Source: Raillietiella orientalis (lineage: Eukaryota). From it: a DNA stretch of 64,000 bases. Shown here piece after piece: positions 11,007 through 22,280 of the stretch. The DNA lies in contig JAYWIR010000085.1 of the NCBI GenBank assembly GCA_036172245.1, forward strand, positions 124,001 to 188,000, written 5' to 3'. The notes below the pieces were generated by a model. The model did no database searches. It worked only from the letters and a program-made list of their open reading frames with translations, and was not told the DNA's origin. The first letter of the stretch is position 1; each line of letters starts with the position of its first letter. The position numbers and the translations under genes are program-made.

Positions 11007-11149
11007 GATCCGCCGCGCGTCTTCATTAACAATATCGTTGTGCGCTTTCACCCGGAGCTCGAGCTGGACGGCGACGAGGTCATCACCATCGTGTGCCGCT
11101 ACGGTCCTCCGCTGGCGCCCCCACCGGTTGCTCCCGTTTTCCCCGTCCT
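11007..11149 (+). CDS. pot: Papillote-like exon: DPPRVFINNIVVRFHPELELDGDEVITIVCRYGPPLAPPPVAPVFPV
   Basis: The preceding 58-nt intron (10949-11006) has branch cctaac and acceptor ttgcag. The exon completes ZP-N (FxNxIVVxFH…Cys4-x-Y). The donor gtaagc at 11150 is phase 2. Confidence 0.88.
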
Positions 11150-11378
11150 GTAAGCAGCACCAGCTTTGCTCGCTGGTTCCCGCGCACGCGCGCAACTTCC
11201 ACCTCCCTTTCATTCCTCCTTCACCTGGAGTCGGTGTCCTTCATCCCGGAGAGATGAGAGAAGGACAGGGGCTGGGGGCCGAAAAACAACCCTCTTCCCA
11301 GCGCCCTCTTTTCTCTCCCCGAAAGAAGAGATCCCTCTCGGAGCCGTTTCCGCTGATGGATTCTTCCTCCCCTTCCAG

Positions 11379-13176
11379 GGCCACCCCTCCCGCAGTCGTC
11401 GAGAGCGGACCCGCTCCTTTGAAAGAGCTGGAGATCCTCATCATCCTGTGCGCCATTCTATTCCTGGCCTTTCTGCTTCTGGGCATGGCATGCTCGTACT
11501 TCTGCCTGAAGAAGAGGAACATCAGGCTGCTGTCCAAAAAGAAGGGTGTGTCCACAGCCGCCGGCTCGGAGGTCACCAAACTGTCCGGCTCGACTCTGGG
11601 TTCCCCGCTGATGTTTGATGCCCTGCGCATCCCCCGCGCGCGTGCCGGAGACTCCCCAGACATGGAGACGAACCTCATCTCGGCGGCGGCCGCCGCGGAC
11701 CACTCGGACACGATGGCCAGCGACTACCCGTCGGAGTCACCCAGCTCTTTGCATTCCGAGGAGGTGGACACCACGTGCAAGCCGCGCGGAGGAGGCAGCA
11801 CAGTGAGCTCGTCCACGCTGGTGGGCCGCATGGATGACGCGGCGGCATCTCCACCCGGAGCGGCGCGCGCGGCCGTTGGCGACCTGAACGGCGCAATGGG
11901 GGCGGCGGCCGCCGCCTTCGACGTGGCTCTCCGGGTGAAGCCGGCGGAGACGACCTCTGTCTACACCTACGACAGGGAGAGGACCCTCAGTACCATTTCA
12001 GAGAGGGAGGAGTTCTCCCGGAGGCTGGACGAGGTCTCGCGGCCTCCGTCGCCCCCCGCGTATGCGGTGGTACGCCGCAGGGTGGCGGCTGCAGCGGCCG
12101 AGTCCGAAGGCGAGCGTCGCGATCAGGACGACAGGTCCCTGTCCGAAGCAACCTTCCGTCTGGGAGCGGCTACAGAAGTTTCTGTCGACCTGGGAGCCGT
12201 TGACCTTCCTCCGCCTGGAAGAGCGCCAGTGGTCACTTCCCACGTAATTGACGACGTCTACCTGCGCACAGTTACCGAGACGAAGACGTACGAAGATACA
12301 ACCAGGCGCTTCCTGGAGACGACCCGGGCCGAACCACCTCCCGAAGCAGTCCCCTTGGACTGGGACGTTCTGATAAGGACCTACTCGCCGGAGGCGAGGG
12401 CAGGAAGCCGGTCGGACGTGACCTCGAGCGGTTGGGAGGAATTCTCAGACGTCGCGACGGAGAGGCCGGAGGCGGATGCTGCTGCCCCTCCCGTCCCTCC
12501 TCCTCCCCGCAACTGGCAGGTGCTCATCCGCGTGCTGACTCCGGAGCCTGCGGGGCACAGCAGTGGTGCAAACGTTCTGTTGACCGCGGAGGACCGCGAG
12601 AAGTGGCGTAGAATCATCACCACGGAGTCGACGCTGCGCACCCTGCTCAGCGAGGCCACCGTCCGGGAGGACTTCGAACGCATCCGCCGGGATCGCCGCT
12701 TTGAAAAGATCTTCGAGCCCCGCAAGTGGGACGTCATTATCCGGGTTCTGCAGCCTCCGGAAGAGGACAGGTTGCGCTCGGAAGACACCGAATCCGAGAG
12801 CAGCATCGAGCCAGTTCGCGTACCGAGGTTCCACCAGGCTGCCGCCGCCGCCGCTGCCGCCGCAGCAGCCGCTACCCCTGCCAGGAAAGTTCCTCTTTCG
12901 GAGGCCCGCATTTTTCCTCCAGGAGGTCTCTCCTTCTCCAGCGCCCGATCTGGGCTCCGGTCCGTGACGGAGGAGACCATCGACTTCACGGGCGCTGCCG
13001 AGGTCTTCCACCACCAGGAGAGCGTCTCTCGCTACTACGCTCAAGTCAGGGCACCGAAGTCGTCCGCTGCCGACAGCAGGTCGGCTGGCCCGCGCTCCCT
13101 GGCCCGCAGCGGATCGGAAATCACGGAGGACTGGGTTCTCCGGCAGGGGGCAGAGTCCCCGAGCTCCTCCTTCTAA
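11379..13176 (+). CDS. pot: Papillote-like last exon: transmembrane helix plus ~555-aa cytoplasmic tail
   Basis: The acceptor ccccttccag at 11377-11378 has matching phase. The TM segment ILIILCAILFLAFLLLGMACSYFCL (11434-11508) is followed by basic KKRN. The long frame is GC3-rich and ends in TAA at 13174-13176. Confidence 0.85.
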
Positions 13177-13315
13177 CCTCGGCGACTCCTTCCTTCCCGT
13201 AGCCAGGCGCTCGCTCCCAGACGTCCCGCTAGAGGGTCTCCACTCGTCCTCCCTCGATCCTCCTTTTGAACTGACACCCCACGCGTAACGCCGGAAGTGG
13301 TTTGGAATGCCCTTC

Positions 13316-13321
13316 AATAAA
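13316..13321 (+). promoter_or_regulatory. Candidate polyadenylation signal AATAAA of the ZP-domain gene
   Basis: AATAAA lies 140 nt after the stop codon, in otherwise GC-rich sequence. Confidence 0.5.
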
Positions 13322-13322
13322 A

Positions 13323-13510
13323 GAGGCACAGAGGACGCTGCTCCTCTGTGAGGACGGGGAGAGTTGCGTCGGTCTTCGCGGGTGCTGCCCGGAAGAAGGG
13401 GCACGTAGCAACAGCCATGGGCAGGCACGCCGGTAGGGAGAGCCCTGGCAGGCGGAGTAGGGAGAAAGCTTGTGGGAAAAAGGGGTCCAAACCACCGTCT
13501 TCGCCTGTCA
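13323..13510 (+). repeat. Dispersed repeat copy A (inverted partner at 15025-15228)
   Basis: The core 13389-13482 (ggaagaaggggcacgtagcaacagccatgggcaggcacgccggtagggagagccctggcaggcggagtag…) matches the reverse complement of 15061-15153 at roughly 80% by eye. Confidence 0.8.
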
Positions 13511-14602
13511 GGGATTTATCCATCCAGCGGAGGAGGTAGCGGACGGTCTAGACCACTCGCTACTCACCTACGGGGTGGTCTGCGAGACACCCCGTAGGTG
13601 GCATAGAGGACGGAGCGAACGGCGTCGCTCTTTGCGGGTGCTGCCCGGATTCCGGTGGAGGCGATTCCTCCGAGGGATCGGTCTCGACCCATGAAAATCC
13701 GATTTCCCTGGGAGCTTGGAGGAAGGATCCACGCTTGGGGAGCCAACGATTCCGTCCTGCGGGACGCGTTTCCGGTCCTCCCCGCTGTCCAGAATGCGGA
13801 GGAAGGTGAGGAAGCTGCTCTGGCGCCTGCGCCATGTTCCTCCCAACTCTTCCTCGAGCAGGCGGATGGGTGGGTGGGGACGCCAGATCGTGGAGTGGGT
13901 CAGAAGGAGTTCTCTCGTCACTTTCTTCGATCCCCCACCCGAAGCGGCAGCCGCGGGTTGACCGCTGCCGCATCCCTTGCGTTGCACGGGAAAGGGGTGT
14001 CCTGCTGCACTCGGAGAAACTCCCGGAGGGACGCGTGCACGCATGGGGAGTATCCATCCCAGAGTGAAGGGGATCCATCCCGGCCACCATCCCTTCTCCC
14101 TTCCTTCCACCCCGTCCGCGAAGATCGCAGCTGCCTACGCCCGTCCGCGGCTTGCTATGGAACCCTTCTCTCTGCCGGAAAGATTTATCAATCCTCGAAA
14201 GAAGGAGGGAGAGAAAAACGAGGAGGGGGGAGGAAGGAACAAGGAGGGGGGAGAGACGAGAAGCACATCTATCGGCGCGGCTGAGGCGGAAGCGGAATGG
14301 AGAGGGGAGACGACGAACGAAGTCCTCGGGTTGCCCGTCGCCGCTCGGCAGCTCGCACATCCGTTGCTCCCGTGTGATGCCGGGGGGATGCCCCGCCGCC
14401 GGTCCGACCTGCGCACATCCCGGGAACGCGGCGATCCGAGCGTCCTCCACTCAGCGAAAATCTCATCCTCCGGGATGGAGCGGGAGCGGAACGGAGTCCT
14501 GCTCGTGCCGAGCCGATTTTACGGAATCCGGGACACGGGAGGAGAACTCACGAGCTCACGCAGGAGCGTCCCTTTGGCAGCACGCTCCTTTCCTGCCCTC
14601 AG

Positions 14603-14703
14603 GTGACAGGAGCGCCCCCTCCTCCCTTCGGCTACCTCCGGGGGACGCTCGCGAGAACTCCGCCATCATCGCCGCCGCCACCGCCGCTGCAGCAGCACGC
14701 AAA
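14603..14703 (+). other. Orphan candidate exon (101 nt)
   Basis: The acceptor ctttcctgccctcag and the donor aaa|gtaagt flank it. Two frames are open (VTGAPPPPFGYLRGTLARTPPSSPPPPPLQQHA or DRSAPSSLRLPPGDARENSAIIAAATAAAAARK). Confidence 0.4.
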
Positions 14704-15024
14704 GTAAGTGGAGCCATCGATGTCGTCTCGTAAACCCGTGAACCCTCCTACCCACTCCCCGCTACCCTGGCAGTCCTGCCGCGGCGGGTCGCGCATCATC
14801 CGAGCCCCGGGGCATCCCGGAGGCTTTCGCTCGCTCAGGAAACCGTAGAAACTCACCGGGAGCGTCTGCAACAGACTCCGGAGACACGCGCGCCGCGGCC
14901 GCTCTGGGAGAAGGAGCGCCTTCCGCAGAGTTTTCTGCCAGCCGCTGGCTGCAGCCTTGCGGCAGTGCGGACTGCGCAGGGCTGGGCACGTACACGCGGA
15001 ACGGAAGGGGGGGGGAGTTGCACT

Positions 15025-15228
15025 CGATCGGCGAAGAAGGTGAGCAGGTGATCGGGAACACTCTTTCCCACACGCATTCCCACTACTCCGCCTTCCAGGG
15101 CTTTCCCTACCGGCGTTCCTGCCCATGCCTATTGCCATGCGCCCCTTCTTCCGCGGGAAACGTCCTTGCGGGTCCCTTGGAAGGTCCGAGAGAAAACAGC
15201 CGGAGTAGCTTCGTGCTCTGTGTCCTGA
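15025..15228 (-). repeat. Dispersed repeat copy B (inverted partner of 13323-13510)
   Basis: It shows reverse-complement similarity to 13323-13510, as described for copy A. Confidence 0.8.
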
Positions 15229-16959
15229 TGCGCACCTTCCCCGCCCGTCTGCTAGGTCTCTGGGTGCATCCCTTCATGGAAGAGTTGAATCAGCAGTCTT
15301 CCCCTTCCCTACCTGCCACTCCGGGGTCGACTGAAGCCTGCGGAACAGGGGAGGGGAGGGAGGGGAAGAAGCTCTCTCTTAAGGGCTACGGAAGGTGCGT
15401 CTCCCTCGCGGAACTCACTCCTCTTTTCTCCTCCAATGTCCCAGGGAGGAATCAGGAGAGATCCAGAGAACTCCCAGGCGCATCTTTTCCGCGTGAAAAC
15501 CGATCAGTAGATGCGCAGAGCGCCTCTGTAGGCGGCGGCTTCTACCTACAGCCCTACTGGTCGCGGCGGGAAGCGAGGGCTAGGGGAAGAGGAGCGCGGC
15601 GCCGTCATGCAAGAGGCCTCAGGAGGTTCCTCTTCGGGCGTCTCATCTCCCAAGCGGTGTAGCCGGATGCCGCAAACGCGTCCCGGTTGTTTTGCGAATC
15701 TCTCGCAAAGAGGAGGAAGTCTCTTGGGAGGCTGCGCAGGACTAGCCGAAATTCCGTCGCTCCCCGCGGACTTCGATCGTCTCCGCTCCGGGCACGATAT
15801 CTCCCGGATTCGTTGCTCTGGGATGTGGGGCTCACCCCTCCCAGCCACCCCGAGCGCCCTCATCCAGATCTACCACGGAGGTGGCTGGAGCGAGATTCAA
15901 AGGAGAAAGCCGTTCCTCCGGAAACCGGGCAGAGGGTGATAGCATCGTGCGTTGCGTGTGTGGGGGGAGGCGTCTCCCCTCATCACTCGTGCGGTCCAGC
16001 TTCTGCACTTCCAAGAGGTGCATCCTGAGGCATTTGTCTTGGAGCGCTCGCCTTTCGTCCGTGGCTCGCATCCCACTCGAAGCCACCTCGTTCTGACTCC
16101 GCGACACCCTCGCGCGGGACCTCCATCATGCCGACTCCCTCGGGTCTCCTCCCGCCCAAATCTCCTCATGACCTTCGGCAAAGAGGTTCCTTTCGGAAGG
16201 GCGCGTCAGCAGTCATCGACGAGAGGTAAGGAACCGGATGGACCAGATGGACAGCGACAGAGAGACATCCCCAGTGCACAAGGAGGTGGGAACTTCCTGA
16301 TGGAAGGGGAGCTCTTCGCGGGTAGAGGAACGTTCTTCTCTCTCGTGGTCCCTGCTTGGCGGTAGCCGAGCAGGAACCCATCTCCCTTGAAACCCTTTGG
16401 TGGTCGTGCGACGCCAAGACATGGTCGAGAGCCACAGTCGGGCTCTCTCTGCACTGCTCCGACGTTGCGGTCTCATGGGATCGCCGGGGTCCACTGCCGT
16501 GGCTGCGTGTGCACACGCGAAGCTTCGCCGCGAGGTGGCAGGTTTCGAGGTTGCTGCACTCGGGCACCCAACTGGATCTCCGTGGCACGGGTTGAACGCG
16601 GCACCGCCGCTCTTCCTTATGGAGCGAAATCCGCCCTATGGAGCTTCGGAGGGGGATCCACTCAGTCCAAAACCTCTGTTTACTCTCATGGGGCTTTCTG
16701 GTGAACGGGGGGAAGGAACGCGTTAGGAGCGGTCCTTCGGAGGCGCCGCAAGAGGATTCGTAAAATCCTGGAACTCTGTCTCCTCTTTCCTCGTACCTCC
16801 TTGGCTGCTCCTCCGCAGCCCGTCATGAGAAGCTAGCAACAGCTGGTTTGCCTGCTGGAGCCCGCCGCGTGGGTGTTCCTCGTGTTTTCGGTCCACCTAG
16901 CAGCCGACGCGGGCCATACGAACCTCGCCGGTCCCTCTTTCGAAGGTGGATCCATCCTG

Positions 16960-18120
16960 GATCATAAACCCGGAACCAAGCGTCGCAGGTTCGAATCTCG
17001 CCCGGGGAAGGATGGACTCCGAGAAGGAAGGGGAGGGGGGGAAGTGCGTCGTGTAGGTTTCGTGTTTCCTCCGCGAGATGACGCTGGTTGACCTTATAGG
17101 CTTCGGGTGCGTCAGTGGTTGACACCTGGTCACGCTGGAGCGTTTATTTATAAAATAAACGAACGCGTCTGTGGCAGGACGTTTGATCCTGCCACGTTAC
17201 TTATGGATACGAAAAGGAACTTGCCGGGATCTGTCATTCAGGTCAGCAGGGTTCGCCTCGGCAGCACAGGGGAAGGAGAGACAAACAAAAAAAACGAAAC
17301 AAAATAAATACTATAGTCAAAAAATTGGGGTGAGTTCGGGAAGGGATCACTATGTGCTGGAGGGTGTCCTCTGCATCGTTGTGAGGATGCCGTCAAGTTT
17401 CTGTTTCAAGACTCCCAGATGGGACCATCTTAACGCTGTTCTCATGAAGAGGACAGCAAAGTGGGTGGCGTTCCTGTCGTTCTGGCCTCCTCTGGCGCTG
17501 CTGCTCCAAGCAGCCACGGTCACCCCGCGTAGGCAGCAAAGTGCTGCTAGGGATGCAGCCGGCGTGAGGGTGTCACGTGGGAAGAGGTGCTTTACAACGT
17601 CTCTGGCGTTGCCTCTGGGGTTCCAAGAGTCGAGGCAAAGCGTTCCCAAAGGGGCCGGAGGGCAGCACAGTACACTAGGAGGTCCACTAGGAGTCAGCAC
17701 TGGTGGAAACCAGATGCCCCTGTCGATTCACCGGGATTAGAATTCGACCCCTTCCAAGAAATTAGGGAGTCCTTCAGGGTTCCTTCCCGGCTGCGCAAAT
17801 GGAGCCGTCTCGTTACTATGGATTTGGTGGATTGATGCCTTCTCCAGATTGTCAAGAAAAGCACTGCTGCTTTCGGGAAGAGACCCTCCAGAGAAATTGG
17901 GAGCTTCCCTTCGGGGTTCTCTTCAGGGGAAGAGGAAACAGGGAACGGTTTCCTTGCGGGTTCCCTCCGGAAAAGAAATGAGGGATGACCTTCCCTCCGG
18001 GAGTCCCTTCGAAGAGAATGAGTAGGATGCGCTTCCCTTCGGGATTCCCTTCCAATCGTGAGAGGAACGGACCCTTCCCCCGTTATCCCTTCCTGGATTC
18101 ATAGGGTGGGTCCCCTCCCG
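16960..18120 (+). mobile_element. tRNA-headed SINE-like repeat, copy 1 (head ~16960-17110, body ~17700-18120, unrelated sequence between)
   Basis: The B-box-like head ccaagcgtcgcaggttcgaatctcgcccgggga and the downstream blocks match the reverse complement of 42010-42650. The body has ~40-bp internal subrepeats. Confidence 0.6.
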
Positions 18121-21100
18121 GGGCATCCTTTAACTCGTAAACCCGGGTTTGTGAGGAAAAGGAGGATGGAGCCGAAGACTCGCCTCAGATGTCGAGCCAT
18201 ATGATGGAAGTCCCACGGCCCCAAGCGAAAGCCCGTGACCCCACGCCTAATGGCGAGTACCCTTGAAGAGCAGTCCCTTGAAATCCTCTTTCTCCGGAAG
18301 GACCATTTGTTAAGAATGGAGGCTGCGGTGAATAACGTGCGTTCCTCTGGCCCTCGAGAGATGTTGAGTACTCCTGGAGTAGCTCTCGCCTGCTCCGCCC
18401 GTCACGCCGCGAGTAACGGGGCCCCCAGACACGCCCGAGCGCTCTCCGTGCTGCGGCGTGCGCCCGGAGCGACTCTCCGAGTCCGCTCCCCCGCCTCACG
18501 CAAGCTCCGATCCGCGCTGTGCGGGCAGTGGGAGAGGGAGGAACCTTTTCCTCGAGGAGAGTCCCTCGTGCCCCTTCACCCTCATGAGGGTCTCGGACGC
18601 TTCCAAAGGAGCTGGCTGGCTTTCTCCTCTTGTCTTATAGTTTTCGCCGCGCTCCTGCCGCCTCATCGCCTGTTGCGAGCGCTGCTCCCTGAGGAGCGCG
18701 GCGACGCCCATTCCCCAAGACACTCCTGGTGACAGTGCGCTTCCCGTTGTCAGATTTCATTCTCACGGTGCCGAGCTGCACGACTCGACTCGGATGTGGC
18801 TTCCTGGGAATCTGCCGATACAGATCGTGCTTTCGTCGTTCGATCCACGGAGCGCCGCGGAGGCAGCCACGGCCACTACGCGGGCCGGTTTTCGAGTGTC
18901 TCTTCAGCAAGGACGCCTCTCAAAAGTTTTCGGATGCGAGTAGGCTGCTCCCGCTGGAAGCGATGAAAGAGATGCCGGACTTCGAGGCATCTCTTGCATC
19001 TGGAGCAAGCCAGCGTTTTTCTTTTTCTTAGCAGCAAACAAACAGGTGCGCCTTGATAGGGACAAAGGAGAACGAGACCTGCTCGCTGTCACTGTCTCTA
19101 GGAAACGCAGAGTTTGAGCAGTGGGCTGCAAGGCATCGCTGACTGCCCTGAGGTCAGTGCCGGAGAAGCTTTGATCGGAACCACAAAGGTGGTAGGCTGG
19201 TCTTGGAGGACTCCGGGCGACTCAAACACGCGGGCATCCTTGGATCAAAAACCACCCTCGCAAACGCCTGTCAAACCGCTGCATTTGCGGCGCTGGCGGA
19301 AATGCTGGCACAGAACGCAACAGGATGTAAAGTACCGATGCAGTCACTAAGCAACGAATTCAGACTAAAAGATTGTTTGTACTTTTCATCTTTTACCGTT
19401 CGTCACCGAGGTGCTGGCTCGGCGCGGCGCCACGGTTCCGTCGGCGGAACCTGCACCAGTAGACACAGGCGCTGCAAGTCTCCATGACCGGATTTCCACT
19501 CAAGGAAGCGCAGGGGGCGCAGGATCCTACCGTGTTGCTGCCTGGACTGCAGCCTGGCCCATCCAGCCCGCCCGCTTTGCTTGTTCTGGAGCGGTGCTGG
19601 AGATACTACAGCGAGGAGAAGGAACATGCTTAGAGGTCAATGGAGACCAATCTGGCAAGCGCTCGTTCGAGAAGAGGCTTCTCCGCCAGCAGCCACTTTT
19701 TCTCAGAACACCTTTCAGGAGGTACAGGTCGTCCGCCTGTTTTTCTTTATATCTCCCGTCTGGGAGAGAAGAGACAGGGACGCAGGAGCGTGAGAGACGC
19801 AACAGAGCCGTCTTCTCTTGTCTCGGAAGGGCAGGAGGACCGCAATTCTTGTGCTGGAGATGACCGTCCTCGTTTGCGCTGTAGGAGGTGAGACGAGAGC
19901 GCCGGATCCAGAGATCTGCGAGCGATTTAGGGGGAGGAGGAAGTGGAAATGCTCTGAAACCGAGGAGTTTCCCTCCCCCAGCCGCGTCGAAGCCAGCCAT
20001 GCTGCCTTCATCGCATTCGAAAAGCCATCCCGAGTTGGCCCTCCACAAAAGGATACCGCATCGCGCTCTTCTGCTCTCGAGGAGAGGTAGCAGAAGAGAT
20101 GCGGCCCTCTGGAAGAAGTCTGGGGTGCTAGGGGCGCAGAAAACGGTACTCCCCAGGAGGCAGACAGTGTTTCGGGCTTCCGACTTCTCTCTGTTGCGAT
20201 GCCGCAGGCCCAGCTCAAGTCCGATATTCCCCCCTTCCCCTTCACACTTCGAGTGGTGGACGAGCGGGGGTCGGAGTCCGGTGCTGTGCGAGACACTTGC
20301 TTCCTGCAGAGGGCTAGCACGACGGGGAGCAGTGCGGATACTCTGGGAAGGAGACTGCCGCTCTGATCGCTCCCGAAGTGGAAGAAGGAGCTGCGTCCGC
20401 GAGCGACGTCTTCAGCCAGGCTCCGTTCCCGCGCTTCCCCTCCCTCCGCCGCAGGAGCTCTTCCAGGACGTCCCGCGTCGTGGGACTGCTGCCGCCTTGT
20501 TAGGCGAGGCGCTCTCCATTCCGACGCGTCGCTCCCGGGACGCCTCGGGAGGAGGGGTGGTTCTCCTCGGGAGTGTTGACGTCCGAAAGCTGCTTATGGG
20601 AGCAGTCGCCTGTCAGCCTGCTTCTAGAAAACCCGCCGTCCCCTTCCCTCGAATTCAGCGTTCTCCCGGCCTTTCGAACGTTCTGGAATCCTCTTCGTGA
20701 GCTCGAGAAGCTCCGTGGGCAGGGTTGTCGCCATTCTGCTCCTCCCCGTCTTCTCTTGAGAGAGCGGCCATCGAGAACCTCGACTCCGGGAGCCCGCATG
20801 ACCTCCCTTGAAGGGAGGTGCCCACCTCGCGGCAGAGAAGCTTCGCGTGCGTGCGCGAGGCTCTGACGCACGCGACCTCGGCAGTGGACTCCGGCCATCC
20901 CGTGAAACCGCTCTTCCTCACGACGCGGTCTGCACCCTCTGGTGTCAGGCCGAAGGATCGCAGCTTCCCGAAGTTCTTCTGCGCACGTTCGTGAGAAAGA
21001 GATGCGCCCCTGCGGGATGCACCACCCTTCTCCTGACCCGGGCGGTCGCCCCTCATGTCAGAGCCTCGCTCACAGCTCCGGTATCTCCTCAACGAGGGCA

Positions 21101-21801
21101 ACCCTCAAGAAGGCTGTGCGCTCCTTCTTGCTTCCTCCTCTTCCACCGCTCCTGCCTTCCTCCACCTCTTCCTCTTCCCCTCTCACCTTGCCGGGACCTG
21201 ACCGCTCTTCCAGTTCAGGGAGCCCTCGGCCCCCGAAGGAAAAAAAAGGGGGAGACTCTTTCCATCCCTTTCCCGGAAAACGATCCCTTGGATACCCTGG
21301 TTGGCTTCCTGGGGATGGCCCACCTTGAGAGGTTCTGACGCGTGGATGCCTTCCCCCTGTCTTTCCTTGAGTGACCCTTCCGGGAAGACGCACGCCCCTC
21401 GGCCGTCCCCCTTCGGCGAGGACGAAAGGCACCTCCGGGAGAGCGCCGCTCCGTAGCGGCTGCAGCTTCGCCGATCGATCGTCCGCCCTTGCGCCGCTCC
21501 CTCCTCCCCCTCATCGAGCGAGACGTCCAAAGGACAGCGCGCGGCGGGGCCCGCGAATCTGAGAGAGAGCCGGCGGGCGGAAGGGGGAGGGGAGAGGAGA
21601 GACCACGGAGCCGTCCGGGACGACTCCCGTCTGGAGACGCGGAGAGAGGGAGGGAGAGCCGAAAGGGGGAGCGGGCGGCGGCAGGGGAACCCTGACAAGG
21701 AAGGGGGGAAACTTTATTGCGGCGCCTGCGGAGGGAAGGAGGGCGTTCCTGAGGGGAAGGAAATCTTCATCGGCTCCAAAGGGGGGAGTCGGCGCGAACG
21801 G

Positions 21802-22280
21802 ATGACCGCTGCTGTCGCTTTCCCGGGATTCTGCGCTGCTCCCTGGGAAGTGCGCCCGGGGTCTTGCTCCCGGAGCTCCACCCGCTGCCCCTCCTCTCTT
21901 CCCCCTCCCCTCTCCTTCTCTCTGCCTGCCTTCCTACTCTGCTGCATTCTCCTCCTCGCCCCTCTCCACGATCGCCTCCCGGGTCCAGTGCTCGTATCCA
22001 TGGTATCGGGTTGCGGGGGAATTTCCCTTCCCCTGCCTCTGCGTCCCCGAGAGCGCCGCTTCCGACTGGAGAATATCCCCCTCCCCCTCTTCTCCCCCGA
22101 ACGAGTCAGAGTGGCGGTTTCCGTGGCATCAGGTTACGTCGAGAGCGCCTCCTCCTCTTCGTCTTCGTCCACTCCAGCTAGCCTCGCATCTGAACCTGCT
22201 TTCCCAGGGATGCTGCTTCGGGAGCCTTCCCTTTGCCCTGCTTCTTCCCTCACCGGATCTTCTCCTCGTCTCCCTCTTCA
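21802..22280 (+). other. Orphan candidate first coding exon (ATG at 21802 or 22000)
   Basis: An ATG-initiated open frame ends exactly at the consensus donor ca|gtaagt (22281, phase 2) in a GC-rich island. No domain is recognisable. Confidence 0.3.

Noticed and set aside
10949..11029. C-terminal tail of track ORF 10535-11029
   Set aside because: It is read-through into the 58-nt intron; splicing restores the ZP-N domain.
11038..11378. N-terminal 114 aa of the 712-aa ORF in the track
   Set aside because: It is an off-frame reading of the preceding exon plus the 229-nt intron 11150-11378. The real frame enters at 11379.
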